This document shows positions 1 through 10,700 of a DNA stretch of 64,000 nucleotides, piece by piece. Location: the NCBI GenBank assembly GCA_900548195.1, contig URJQ01000001.1:1467-65466 (forward strand), written 5' to 3'. The DNA is from an uncultured Prevotella sp. (GTDB taxonomy: Bacteria > Bacteroidota > Bacteroidia > Bacteroidales > Bacteroidaceae). The notes under the pieces are model-generated. The model was not told the origin of the DNA, made no database searches, and saw nothing but the letters and a program-made list of their open reading frames with translations. Every line of letters begins with the position of its first letter. The first letter of the stretch is position 1. Position numbers and translations under genes: made by a program.

Positions 1-735
1 TGTCATCCACACTTCCTTACCTTTTTGCGCAGCAAGAGGATAAGCAGAGCCATCCCATCCATAGAAGTGACCACCTACTATGTCGAGATTACGGCACGCT
101 TCCTCATCATTGAGGATTGGTTCGTGGAGGTTTTTGGTGAAATGAATAGACTCCGGTGCTATCACCTTGCATTGAATCTTAGAACCATGCAGGCGAAGAA
201 ACTCTGCCAATTCCTCACCTGTCCAGTTACAACTGGAGTAACTTGGACTCCAATCTGGCTCATTCTGTATGGAGACAGCATCAATTTTCAAGCCTTGCGA
301 CCTCATGTATTTATAGTAATCATTGAGGTAAGTAGCCCAATCTCCCCAATGAGAGGTAAGCAGTTTGCCTCCGTTGCCTGTCTGATTATTATTTTTCCAT
401 GATGCAGGAGGCGACCAAGGTGATGCAAAGACGTAAGCCTTATACTTCTTAGCACGGCGAATATTTGCCACGCCGCTGTTCCATAGATTCTTGTTGTCGG
501 ATATATATACTCGCAGGATATTAAGTCCAAGTTGGTCATCACCCTTACCAAAGAGCTTGTCCATCTCGGAATCTCCAAGCCAATACTGCCACTGAGGACT
601 TGGAGAAAATCCACCGAAGCCAGCGACGTGCTGATATTTTACTCTCTGATCTATCGTAATGCTTGCCTTTTTCACATCTGCCATTGATGAAAGACAAAGC
701 ATCAAGGCTGTAATCGTAAGTAGATATTTCTTCAT
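1..735 (-). CDS. Secreted GH30 glycoside hydrolase (xylanase/glucuronoxylanase-like), partial; continues beyond the window start
   Basis: Not in the ORF track because it has no stop in the window. Manual translation from ATG at 735: MKKYLLTITALMLCLSSMA signal peptide, QHVAGFGG, LGLNILRV, FASPWSPPASWK, SIQNEPD (acid/base Glu), GGHFYG, ending ...KEVWMT just before the expected nucleophile Glu. Confidence 0.88.
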   Translation of the reverse strand, partial: MKKYLLTITALMLCLSSMADVKKASITIDQRVKYQHVAGFGGFSPSPQWQYWLGDSEMDKLFGKGDDQLGLNILRVYISDNKNLWNSGVANIRRAKKYKAYVFASPWSPPASWKNNNQTGNGGKLLTSHWGDWATYLNDYYKYMRSQGLKIDAVSIQNEPDWSPSYSSCNWTGEELAEFLRLHGSKIQCKVIAPESIHFTKNLHEPILNDEEACRNLDIVGGHFYGWDGSAYPLAAQKGKEVWMT

Positions 736-812
736 TTTTGTAATAAGAAAAATAGTTTTAGGATTGCATGTCATTTTTCACAACATATACTTAGTGTATC
801 AATTTGAGAACA

Positions 813-820
813 CAAAATTA
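813..820 (-). promoter_or_regulatory. Bacteroidota sigma-A -7 element for the GH30 gene
   Basis: TAATTTTG on the minus strand (TAnnTTTG consensus), about 80 nt upstream of ATG 735. Confidence 0.55.
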
Positions 821-1006
821 CCATTTTTTTTCAATCCCCAAAACCTTTACACTTCTAATAGTATGACAATCAGTGGGTATGGCATAAATGAAAAAGTATT
901 TGTTACAACAGAAAAAATGCGTAGCAGTTAAATCGATTTTTTTTATTTGGCTGTCTCTTGACATTGTGGCTTGTAGCTATTGTGTGACACTGCAAATAAG
1001 CATTTG

Positions 1007-1045
1007 TGAAAGCATAGCTTTTACCTCCTAATAACATAGCTTTTA
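1007..1045. repeat. 22-bp-period palindromic array, 2 units
   Basis: TGAAAGC-ATA-GCTTTTA at 1007 and TAATAAC-ATA-GCTTTTA at 1029; same family as the arrays at 13528, 28932 and 43016. Confidence 0.8.
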
Positions 1046-1050
1046 CATAA

Positions 1051-1169
1051 AGCCTCCCTCTTATCTTCTGTAAGGGGGAGGCTATATACGTTCTTCGTCT
1101 TGAGTCTCTTACTCAAGAGAGGTCTCTGTAACCAGCCTCCCCCTCACAGGAGGATAAGAGGGTGGGAGG
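1051..1169. repeat. Inverted pair of REP-like GC-rich palindromes enclosing a third hairpin (BIME-like; probable terminator of the GH43 gene)
   Basis: AGCCTCCCTCTTATCTTCTGTAAGGGGGAGGCT (1051-1083) matches the reverse complement of 1134-1169; inner hairpin TCTTGAGT/ACTCAAGA at 1098-1118. Confidence 0.7.
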
Positions 1170-1183
1170 ACTTGTGGTTTCCT

Positions 1184-3838
1184 TTACTTTCTTATCATCT
1201 TCTTTCCGTTTCTTATCACGATGCCACGATAGTTGCCATTTACGCGTTGACCAGAGAGATTGTAAGTTCGTGAATTGCCTTGTGTGGCTTGGATATTAGC
1301 GATGCCGGTGGTCTCGGAAGTGATGTATGACTTCTCAGTGGTGAAGAAGAGCAAGATGGATGAAGCTTTGGCAGCACAGCGATAGACGAAAGAGTAAGGA
1401 TACATCTTGCCGGATGCCGTCTTGATGGTGGAGTTCATCTCGATATTTCCCTCAGTGGTGTATTTGACGGTCATATCCACAGTAGAGCCATTCATGTCGC
1501 TGACGAAGGAGTCCCAATTGAAGTTACTGCTGAAGGCGAAAGGATAAGTCATGCTATTCTCTAAACTGTTGCCCTTGCTGTCCCATGCATAGTTGTCGTT
1601 GCGGAGCACGCAATACTCGGCATATCCTGCGCTTCCACGCTGAGAATTGGCAGCTACGAGCACCCAGTTTTCCCAGTTGCTGCCGTTTCCTGAATTATGG
1701 TTAGTGAAACGGAAGCGCGCTGAGTTACCCTTGTCGAGAGTATAGTAATCTGAGAACATAGACCAAAAGGCATTGGAGAAATCCTTTGCGCCACATTCTG
1801 GATAATAGTTAGCAGTGGTAGGAGTCACCACAGCGCCAGCATCCACATTGAGCTTATATGCTTTCTGGTAAGCGTAGCCATCCTTTTCGATAGACATAGT
1901 CATAGTGACGTCGCCATTGCCCGTCACCTTTCCGTTAGCAGACATAATGCTTTCATTGCTTGACGACCAGACTATCTTGGCTCCGAAGTAGCCCTTGGTA
2001 GGGAGAGTCTGAGCGGTAGTGACGGTCTTTCCGCTGTAGAAAGGCACGGTGGTCTTGTCGAGTGTGTATTTGATAGCAGCCTTATAGTCAGCCTTTGAGC
2101 ACCATATATTCTGCTGATAAGTGAAAGTCTTCTGTCCGATAGTAAGGCTTCCGCTGGATGAAGAGCAAGCAGAGATGCAGAGGGCAGGGATGTCGGAATA
2201 GTCGATAGTCTGGCGGGCAAGCACACCTTTATATACTACGCCACCGATGGTGAGCGAGATAAAGTCGGTGCCAGCAGTGCGAGTCCATGTGCCAGTCGCG
2301 CTACCAGTAATCTTACCATCAGCAGTAAGCTCGATATCCACAGGGGTTTCGTAAGCCAAATTCTTTGTGTCCTGATTGTATTCATGGCGCATAAACTGAT
2401 AGTTGCCAGGGATTGCGCTGTCAGGAATCGATGCCTTTGAAGCTATATCGTCATTGGTAATCGTCTCACCGGAGAACTCATAAGGAGCCGCCATAATCCA
2501 TCCGTCCTGATTGAGGAAAAGCTGATGCACGCGTACTTCGTGGCCTTCATGACCTACAGTGGAACGAGTGTGATAGACTACGAATGATCTTCCCTTGTGG
2601 TCAGTTATGGCAGAGTTGTGTCCCTGCGCTATTTCAGCATAAGGCATGAGTTCCCATTTGTATCCACCCATGAGGAGCATACCGCGCGCATCTCTTGCAG
2701 TAGCACTGTAGTTCATCACGTATGAGGTGTAGATGGCAGATGTGCCGTATGGATCCTTGTAAGGTCCGTCAGGCTTTTCAGAGCGGAAAATGCGCATCTG
2801 GTAGCCTCCAGTGGTCTCCAGACCACCGTATGACATAAAGAGATAGTAGTATTTTCCAATCTTTTCGATGTAGCTTGCTTCGCCGGAAACATAGTAGCCA
2901 CCGGCAATTTTCTTTCCGAAATAAGCGTCAGAGGTAGTGGCTTTGCCTGAACCTACATTCTGGAATTTGTATGAATAGTCGCGCAGACCATTCTCTTTGT
3001 TGAGGCGGAGCATGAAGATACCGCCGCTCCACGAACCGTAAGACATCCACAGATTGTCGTCATCATCATAGAATACGCAAGGATCGATGCAGTTAGGCCA
3101 GTAGTCCCCGTAAGTGCCGCTCGGATTATATCTTGCAGGGAGCGAAGTGCAACCTGTGGCAATGGCGAGGTCTGTCTTCTTCCAGTCGTCGGTCTTGGTG
3201 AAACCATTGTGGTCCCATTTGCCGGCAAAGCCAGAGAATACGACAGGTCCCTGATATTTCCAAGGGCCTTCAGGAGAGTCGGAAGTGAGGCAAACAATTA
3301 CAGAACACCAATCATTACTATTGATACTCATATACATACACCATTTCTTCATGGTCTTGTTATAGACTACATCTGGCGCCCATTGATTGCCTTTGATGGT
3401 TCCATTCTTGCGTTGCCAGTTGTGAGCATTAAACGGACCGAACGTCACCTCTTTGCCATTAAGGTCTTTTACCTTTGTGATAGCATGGTTGTTGTATGCA
3501 CTTGCGCAGTTTATGCGGTTGCCATTTGTATTACAGAAGAGCGAATTGGTGGCGGTAGTGGAGCTCTCATTCGCTCCCCAAGTGGTCCATTGCTGATAGT
3601 TCTTCTCAGCAGTAGTCTTTCCATGTCCGAGGTGAGAACCGTATATGTAATAGACAGGGTTTGACGGATTGGTGATGTTATCCACGAAAATAGAAGGGTC
3701 GTGGCAGAGATTTCCCTGACGAGCGATGCTCTTTAGTGTGTAAGCACTATTCAAATCAGCATCCGTCAAAGTGTTTTGCGCCAGCATAGATGCGGAGGCG
3801 CATCCTAAGATAGAGAGTAATGCAAATCTTAATTTCAT
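1184..3838 (-). CDS. GH43 endo-arabinanase-like glycoside hydrolase with C-terminal accessory domains and T9SS-type tail
   Basis: Signal peptide; GH43 motifs HDPSI, WAPDV, NCIDP, GEASY, QGHNS; C-terminal TTGI...YNLSGQRV...GIVIRNGKK tail. Confidence 0.88.
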   Translation of the reverse strand: MKLRFALLSILGCASASMLAQNTLTDADLNSAYTLKSIARQGNLCHDPSIFVDNITNPSNPVYYIYGSHLGHGKTTAEKNYQQWTTWGANESSTTATNSLFCNTNGNRINCASAYNNHAITKVKDLNGKEVTFGPFNAHNWQRKNGTIKGNQWAPDVVYNKTMKKWCMYMSINSNDWCSVIVCLTSDSPEGPWKYQGPVVFSGFAGKWDHNGFTKTDDWKKTDLAIATGCTSLPARYNPSGTYGDYWPNCIDPCVFYDDDDNLWMSYGSWSGGIFMLRLNKENGLRDYSYKFQNVGSGKATTSDAYFGKKIAGGYYVSGEASYIEKIGKYYYLFMSYGGLETTGGYQMRIFRSEKPDGPYKDPYGTSAIYTSYVMNYSATARDARGMLLMGGYKWELMPYAEIAQGHNSAITDHKGRSFVVYHTRSTVGHEGHEVRVHQLFLNQDGWIMAAPYEFSGETITNDDIASKASIPDSAIPGNYQFMRHEYNQDTKNLAYETPVDIELTADGKITGSATGTWTRTAGTDFISLTIGGVVYKGVLARQTIDYSDIPALCISACSSSSGSLTIGQKTFTYQQNIWCSKADYKAAIKYTLDKTTVPFYSGKTVTTAQTLPTKGYFGAKIVWSSSNESIMSANGKVTGNGDVTMTMSIEKDGYAYQKAYKLNVDAGAVVTPTTANYYPECGAKDFSNAFWSMFSDYYTLDKGNSARFRFTNHNSGNGSNWENWVLVAANSQRGSAGYAEYCVLRNDNYAWDSKGNSLENSMTYPFAFSSNFNWDSFVSDMNGSTVDMTVKYTTEGNIEMNSTIKTASGKMYPYSFVYRCAAKASSILLFFTTEKSYITSETTGIANIQATQGNSRTYNLSGQRVNGNYRGIVIRNGKKMIRK

Positions 3839-3862
3839 AACCTTTCATTTATAAATGATATG

Positions 3863-3893
3863 GCGGGGAAGGCACGGAATGCACCTTCCCCGC
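3863..3893 (-). terminator. GC-rich intergenic stem-loop (terminator or mRNA stabiliser)
   Basis: GCGGGGAAGG ... CCTTCCCCGC inverted repeat between the lipoprotein and GH43 genes. Confidence 0.5.
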
Positions 3894-3913
3894 AGTATAT
3901 AGACAGAAAATGA

Positions 3914-5887
3914 TTATCTGCGGCGATATTTAGCTCTTGCTTTAGCTCCAGCAGCCTTCTCTACAGCGAAAGGAAGATCGAATACGAGGTGAGCCTTTTC
4001 GATAGTAAGCTTGAAGTAGAGGTCGTCTGGATTGATAGTGTTGATACCAGTATAGGTCTGGGTATAGGTCACGCCATCATTGCCAAGGATTGTTGCAACG
4101 ACATTGGCAGTGCCATCACCGACGTTAGTCACAGAGACATTTACCTTTGCTCCATCCATAGCATTAAGCCATGCGCCCCAATCGGTCTGTGTGCAAGAAT
4201 GTGTGCAAGCATCATATCCATTGCCCCAACCGAAGTTATCGGCACGCACTGCAGCATATTCACTAGTGTTAGTATTCTCTACAAGCGCTACGATAAAGTT
4301 GTTCCAGTTACTTGCGAGGTCGGTATAGTTGACAAATTGTGTTGAAACTGTCTTGCCAGAAGGTACATTAAATATCTCAGACTGCTCGCCAAAGAAAGCT
4401 GAAGTATTGTCTTCTTTACCTATAGTGGTGTCAAATTCGAGGTGAGCTTTTTCCAAAGAGAGGAAGAAACCGAAGTCATTAGCGTCTATTCCAGTAAGGT
4501 TATTGTAGCCCATGCTGTATTTATTGCCATTCAGAGCCACGATATCATACTTGATTTCTGCTGTTCCGTCACCATTGTTTGTGACATAGAGAGTCACCTT
4601 GGCTCCGTCCATGTCCGCAAGCCATGTAGCCCAGTTGTCAGGAGCACCGAAAGGAGTAGCACCATTATCGACGATTGTACCCCAACCGAAACAGTCTGAA
4701 CGAACCACGCCATACTCTGTTCCAGCGCCATTTACCATGGCAACGAGGAAGTTATCCCAGTTGGCTGCGCCGTCAGTGTAGTTGGTAAACTTGACGATTT
4801 GTGTCTCATTAGGGCGCACCATTACGGTTTCTGATTTAGCACCAAAGAATCCTGTGCTGTTATCAGTAGCGCCAAGAGAGTTGCACAACTTATCTACTAC
4901 ATCAAATTCTGCCGTTGCGGTGATTGGCTTGTTGCAGTTTTCATTCTTGAAAGTCTTGTTGTAGATAGCTACAAGGGTCTTTTTGCCAGTCTGATTCATA
5001 TCAGGAATAGCCACGAGACCAAGTTCAGAAGCAGGTATTACCTTAGTTATACCAGTCTCATAGGTTACAGTAGCCGAGATATTAGCCATCGCATCCTCAA
5101 GAGAAGTGCCAGCCAAAACCTTCTTAGGCACTGACTTCAGAACCATAGACTCAGGCTGTTTGTCCTCAGCAGAGGTGAAACCACCGATAGGCTCGATGTT
5201 GGACTGGAGGAAATTGAGGTAAGAACCTTCTGGAGTAAAGAATACGCGGATGTTATTATTGCTCTGATCAGCATTAAGATTTACGAGAGGAGTAGCCTGC
5301 TTGTAAGTCTTTGTCACTGTGCCGTTAGTCATTTTCACGGAGAAAGCATTAGGATCAGAACGGTCAACGCTGACAATTACAGTGCCACCGAGCTTAGATA
5401 CGCCCTCATCAGTATCAGTTGAGAATACGAGATTACTCTCTATAGCACTTCTGTCGATGTAATCACCCCATTCGGAGTTACCGCTTGGCTGTGTGTCGAA
5501 ACGGATAACACCATATTCTGTATTAGCACCACGATCGCCATCGCTACAGATAACCATTGCGAAATTCTTGTATGTATTTGCTGCATCAGGGTTAATGTTC
5601 AGGTTGAACACCACATTCAGCACTTGTCCATCAGGAATGACGTAGTATTTAGAGAACTCTGACCACCATCCAGTGCTGAAATCAGTGGCACCAACAGTAT
5701 AGACATCCTCTTCGCCATCAGGCATTACGTTGTCATCACCCTTTGATGCGTTGATGGAATCTATCTTTTCAGAAATCCAGTCAGGAGAGTTTACGCTGAA
5801 AATTTCTCCTCCTTCGCATGATGTCAATGCAGTCAAGCCCATTGTGGCAAGGCAAAAGACAGATGCAATTTTATTTAGGTATCTCAT
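3914..5887 (-). CDS. Surface glycan-binding lipoprotein (SGBP) with three repeats of a ~150-aa aromatic-rich module and an Ig-like domain
   Basis: Lipobox LTSC; immediately downstream of SusD; repeats start VGATDFSTGWW, LGATDNSTGFF and IGKEDNTSAFF. Confidence 0.78.
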   Translation of the reverse strand: MRYLNKIASVFCLATMGLTALTSCEGGEIFSVNSPDWISEKIDSINASKGDDNVMPDGEEDVYTVGATDFSTGWWSEFSKYYVIPDGQVLNVVFNLNINPDAANTYKNFAMVICSDGDRGANTEYGVIRFDTQPSGNSEWGDYIDRSAIESNLVFSTDTDEGVSKLGGTVIVSVDRSDPNAFSVKMTNGTVTKTYKQATPLVNLNADQSNNNIRVFFTPEGSYLNFLQSNIEPIGGFTSAEDKQPESMVLKSVPKKVLAGTSLEDAMANISATVTYETGITKVIPASELGLVAIPDMNQTGKKTLVAIYNKTFKNENCNKPITATAEFDVVDKLCNSLGATDNSTGFFGAKSETVMVRPNETQIVKFTNYTDGAANWDNFLVAMVNGAGTEYGVVRSDCFGWGTIVDNGATPFGAPDNWATWLADMDGAKVTLYVTNNGDGTAEIKYDIVALNGNKYSMGYNNLTGIDANDFGFFLSLEKAHLEFDTTIGKEDNTSAFFGEQSEIFNVPSGKTVSTQFVNYTDLASNWNNFIVALVENTNTSEYAAVRADNFGWGNGYDACTHSCTQTDWGAWLNAMDGAKVNVSVTNVGDGTANVVATILGNDGVTYTQTYTGINTINPDDLYFKLTIEKAHLVFDLPFAVEKAAGAKARAKYRRR

Positions 5888-5955
5888 TGTTTTATCGTTT
5901 TTGTAAGTAGGTGGCGGAGGAATTATCCCCGATTTTGCCCACCTACTTATGGTTA

Positions 5956-7749
5956 TTACTTAGTAAGATCTACTACAGGGTGAACCTTCCATCCTTTACC
6001 GAAGAAGTATTCAGAGTTGTCAGTACTGCTGTTGGCAGAGTTGCCGACGAGGTTAGGGTTCTTATTCATTGTGCCCTGTGAGATAGGAAGGAACTCATGT
6101 CCTGGCTTATATGTGTCAAATCCAGACTTGATTTCGCTGTCTGCATCCTTGTCGGCATATTTTACGCTTGCCTTAATGGATATTGGATCATTCTCTACAT
6201 AGTTGTGGATACGAGCTGCATTATGCTCTTTCAACTGCTGCAGACGTCCTGCATCGTAATAGAAGCCCCAACGAATGAGGTCGAAACCACGGCCAAACTC
6301 ACATCCGAGTTCCTTAGGGCGCTCTACATTAGCAATCTGTTCGAAGAGCTTATCAGCGGTATTAAAGTCTGAAAGCTTGAGGTTTGCCAGTTCTGCACGG
6401 TTACGCACCTTATTGATCCAGTCGATAGCCTGCTGAGTAGGGCCGTTTACCTCGTTCTCACACTCTGCTGCGAGAAGGAGAATGTCGGCATAACGGAGCA
6501 TACGGAGGTTGATACCACACTTCAATCCGGTCACTACCTTGTCGTAGATGCCAGTACGAATGTTGGTGTATTTAGCTATTGGCAGTCCGCCATTATTGTT
6601 ATTAGTGCGTAGATTCTGTGCTTCGGTGACTTTAGTGCAGTAAGCAGCGTTGCCAAACTCATAGCCTTCCCAGTCATTTTCGTAAGTGCAGATAGTCCAA
6701 TAGAGGCGTGGATCGAGCTTGCCGGAGGTGGTACGCTCTGCCTTAAAGAGGTTATAGAGCCAAGGAGAAGCAGAGAGGTCAGCCCATCCACCGAATGAAC
6801 CTGGGCAGAAGTTACTCTCCAGAGCGTGTGCCTGAGAAGCATTGATAGAGGTGTTGACAGGAGTCCATTCGTCATCCACGCCCTGAGTGCCGTAGTCAAG
6901 GAACTGTACTTCAAAGATAGACTCAGCATTATTCTCATAGGCAGAGCCTTCGCGGAAGTTGTCTCCGTAATTTTTTACGAGGGAATATTTGCCATATTTC
7001 TGATTACCATTGTCCTCAGAACTGAGCACATCCTTCAGTACAGCGAGAGCTTCGTCGTACTTATGACGCATCATCAGAGTGCGCGCATAGTATCCAGCTG
7101 CAGCTGCAGCAGTGGAACGACCCTTTGCCCATTCACCGCCCTTTTCGCGAGTAGGGAGAAGTTCCATAGCTTCCTTGAAGTCTTTCTCCACCTGGTCGAG
7201 CACTTCATCATAGCTATTGTTCTTCTTATAGAGTCCATCGAGAGTGGAGTAGTCAGAATAATTGGTGATGAGAGGTGGGTTCTGATAATAGCCTACGAGG
7301 TTATAGTAAGACAAACCGCGGAAGAAGAGTGCCTGACCCTTGATAGCTTTCACCTTGTCAGTCATCTGCATATTGTGCTCTTCGATTTTGGAAGTCACGA
7401 AATTGCAGACATTGAGCACGTAGAACCATTCGCGCCAAGGCCACATAGTCTCCTCATTAGTGACAGGAGTATTGCAATCATCCACGCCGAGATAGTTCCA
7501 AGTCTGTGATGAGTTCCACACTTCGTCGCCGCGAGTGATGTCGTATGTATATCCTACACGAGCGTAAGAACCCTCCATACGGATACGTTTGTAAGCACCT
7601 ACGATACATTCCTCAAGGTCGTCAGCAGTAGATCCGTATGTGCCAGTGGTCTGCTGGTTAGGGTTTGTCAGGTTCAACTTGTCCTCACAAGAAGTGGTGA
7701 GAGTGCCAATACCTAACAATATGGCTAATGTTAATTTATATGGTTTCAT
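5956..7749 (-). CDS. susD: SusD/RagB family lipoprotein
   Basis: Lipobox TTSC; GQALFFRGLSY, LRYADILLLAAEC, INKVRNRA, ERPKELGCEFGRGFDLIRWG; follows SusC. Confidence 0.93.
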   Translation of the reverse strand: MKPYKLTLAILLGIGTLTTSCEDKLNLTNPNQQTTGTYGSTADDLEECIVGAYKRIRMEGSYARVGYTYDITRGDEVWNSSQTWNYLGVDDCNTPVTNEETMWPWREWFYVLNVCNFVTSKIEEHNMQMTDKVKAIKGQALFFRGLSYYNLVGYYQNPPLITNYSDYSTLDGLYKKNNSYDEVLDQVEKDFKEAMELLPTREKGGEWAKGRSTAAAAAGYYARTLMMRHKYDEALAVLKDVLSSEDNGNQKYGKYSLVKNYGDNFREGSAYENNAESIFEVQFLDYGTQGVDDEWTPVNTSINASQAHALESNFCPGSFGGWADLSASPWLYNLFKAERTTSGKLDPRLYWTICTYENDWEGYEFGNAAYCTKVTEAQNLRTNNNNGGLPIAKYTNIRTGIYDKVVTGLKCGINLRMLRYADILLLAAECENEVNGPTQQAIDWINKVRNRAELANLKLSDFNTADKLFEQIANVERPKELGCEFGRGFDLIRWGFYYDAGRLQQLKEHNAARIHNYVENDPISIKASVKYADKDADSEIKSGFDTYKPGHEFLPISQGTMNKNPNLVGNSANSSTDNSEYFFGKGWKVHPVVDLTK

Positions 7750-7766
7750 AATATAAGTCTGATGAA

Positions 7767-10700
7767 TTAGAATGTGAAGAGAATACCTGCCATGAAGCTC
7801 TTAGCACTTGGGAAAGAGCAGAAGTTGTAGCCAGGAGTAAATACACCGCCAGCGAAATCGACATTGTAGCCCTTATAGCCGGTGAAAGTATGGAGATTCT
7901 GTGCAGAAACGTATGCACGGACACCACTTACTACGCCCTTGAACCATTTGTTAGGGAAGTTATAACCGAGTTCTACGTTAGCTATCTTCCAGTAAGCGGC
8001 ATTCTGAATCATGCGGTCGCTGAAGTAGTTGTTCCAAGCCTCGCCGTTGCTTGTGATGTAAGTACGTGGAGTGTTTGAGAGATAAGTAGAGCCATCCTCT
8101 GACCATCTGTTTGCTTCGAGCATGCTAACTGCCTTGTTTGAGTAACCGTAGCAAGAAGTCAAGCTGTTCTGCAAGTCATCAGTAACGTGGAAATTGAGAG
8201 CTCCGTATGTAGAGATACTGAGGTCGAAGCCCTTATATTCGAAGTGTGCGCTGAGACCGAAGTTTACCTTTGGCAGACCGCTACCGAGCACTACCTGGTC
8301 TTCAGAGTTGATGACACCATCATTATTGACATCCTTATAGAGGCAGTCACCGATGTTCATGCCTTCCTGAGTGATAACTTCTCCTTTGTCATTGATGTGA
8401 TTGTCGATGTCTTCCTGGGTACGTGCAATGCCTTGATATACATATCCATAGAACTGACCTACCTCATGTCCTACTCTTGTGATGTAGGCACCAGTGATAT
8501 ATTCCTTAGTACCGAAACCGAGAGATGTCACCTTATTCTTGAGAGTAGAGAGGTTTGCAGAAACCTCAAACTTGAGAGGGTGGTCGTGATTGCGGTAAGT
8601 AGCAGAGAATTCAAAACCGCTATTTTCCATAGAAGCGGCATTCATAGTAACGGTCTCATTATCTACACCGGCATTAGCAGGCACTGGAACAGCGTAGAGA
8701 AGGTCTTCTGATACATTCTTATACCATTCTGCAGTAAACTCCAAACGATTGTTGAAGAGAGCGAGGTCGATACCTACGTTAGTGCTCTTCTTCTTCTCCC
8801 AAGCGATGTTCTCGTTGATAAAGTTTGACACAGCAGAGCCATACACCACGTTGTTGCCGAAGTTATAGACGAGGTTGTTGCGGTTCATAGTGCCCTGGAA
8901 CTGGTATTCACCGATGTTTTCATTACCGAGCACACCATAACTTCCGCGTACCTTGAACATATTGATGATGTCATGGCTGATAGGGAAGAAGCTTTCCTTG
9001 TCAAAACGCCAGCCTGCAGAGACAGAAGGGAATGTCTCCCAGCGGATGTTCTTGGAGAGACGTGAGCTGCCATCGCGACGTATTACGCCAGAGATGAGAT
9101 ACTTACCGTCGAAGTCATAGTTGAGACGTCCGATGTAAGAAGCCAGTGCGTGCTTTGTCTCCGATGACTCTGAGTGAGTAGTCTTAGAGTTTTGAAGTTG
9201 TAAATAATAAGGTTCTGAGAGGTTAATGCCCCATCCAGTGAGTGTATTTGAGTTTTCTTCTTCGTATGTCTGACCAGCAACGAGGTTGACATGATGCTTG
9301 CCGAATGTGCCGTCATAGGTGAGAATATTCTCTATGAGGGCATCTGCGTATGTGCGAGATTTCTTTGTCAGTCTTTCATTTGACTTGTCGAGATATACTC
9401 GGTTACTCTGAATCCAAGCAGGAATCCATGTGTGATCCTGTGCATGAGTCTTGCTATAGGAGAGGTTTATCTTATAATTGAGCTTATGATTCTTACTCTT
9501 TATGCCCAGCATATCCAGCAAATCCACGTCAGCAGAAGCAGTTCCTACAAAGCGATCCACGAGAGTGTTACGCTCCATGAGATTGTTTACGAGAAGAGGA
9601 TTGGATGCAGAGATGTCCCCATGGATATTATCATAATATACACCATATCCATAGGCATCATAGCGGAATGAATTTGCAGCGCCTACAGTACCGTCGAGCA
9701 CCCATGTAGAGTTATTGTAAGCCTTGATGGTAGGCTGCATGAGGAGTGTGCTGCGGAGCACATTACTCACGTCTCCGTAAAGACCCTGGACGTATTCATT
9801 GGCATTGGAAATAGCCATATTGTCCTGGTCGGAGTGAGAATACACGAGACTGGTGCGGAACTTCACAAACTTCACGTCCATAGTATTGTTGACACGAGCA
9901 GTGAAACGCTCAAAGTTAGGGCCAGCACCCTCAAGTGTTCCTTTCTGTGAGAAATAGTCGAGACCGATATTATAGGTGTTGTTTGCACCGCCACCGCTGA
10001 GGTTTACGTTATGATTCTGGCGTACACCAGTCTTGAATACCTCATTAAACCAGTCTGTATTTGTATCATCCATAAACTGATACTTACCTGTCTCTTCATT
10101 CAGTTTGTATCCTCCTGGGATAGGAGTGTTAGAGTTGAGGCAAGCCTGACCGAGGTATTGGCTATATTGGTCAGCGTTCATCACGTCGAAAACGCCGTCA
10201 GAAATTTTGTCAATACCTATATATCCTTTATAATCCACCTTAAGAGGCTGCTCTTTCTGACCATTCTTTGTGGTGATGATAATCACGCCATTGGCAGCAC
10301 GCGAACCATAGATGGCTGCTGCGGAAGCATCCTTAAGTACCTGAATAGAAGCAATATCGTTAGGAGAAAAGTCGCGAATGGTGGTTCCCATTGGAACGCC
10401 GTCAACGACATAGAGTGGAGCTTGAGCACCGAAAGTGCCGATACCACGGATTCTTACTGATGGGTCTGCGCCCGGCTGACCGTCGGATGTAATCTGCACA
10501 CCAGCCACCTTACCCTCAAGCATACTTGAGATATTAGAGTGGGATACCTTCTTCATCTCGTCTGCATTGACGATAGAAACGGAGCCTGTAAGGTCGGCTT
10601 TCTTCTGTGTACCGTAACCTACTACTACGACTTGGTCGAGTATTGTCTCGTCAGCGTTGAGCTGTATCTGCTCGATAATGGCGCGACCGCGCACTGCTAC

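Noticed and set aside
25..931. ORFs 25..402, 303..614 and 659..931
   Set aside because: They overlap the real GH30 frame (735 to 1) or its promoter.
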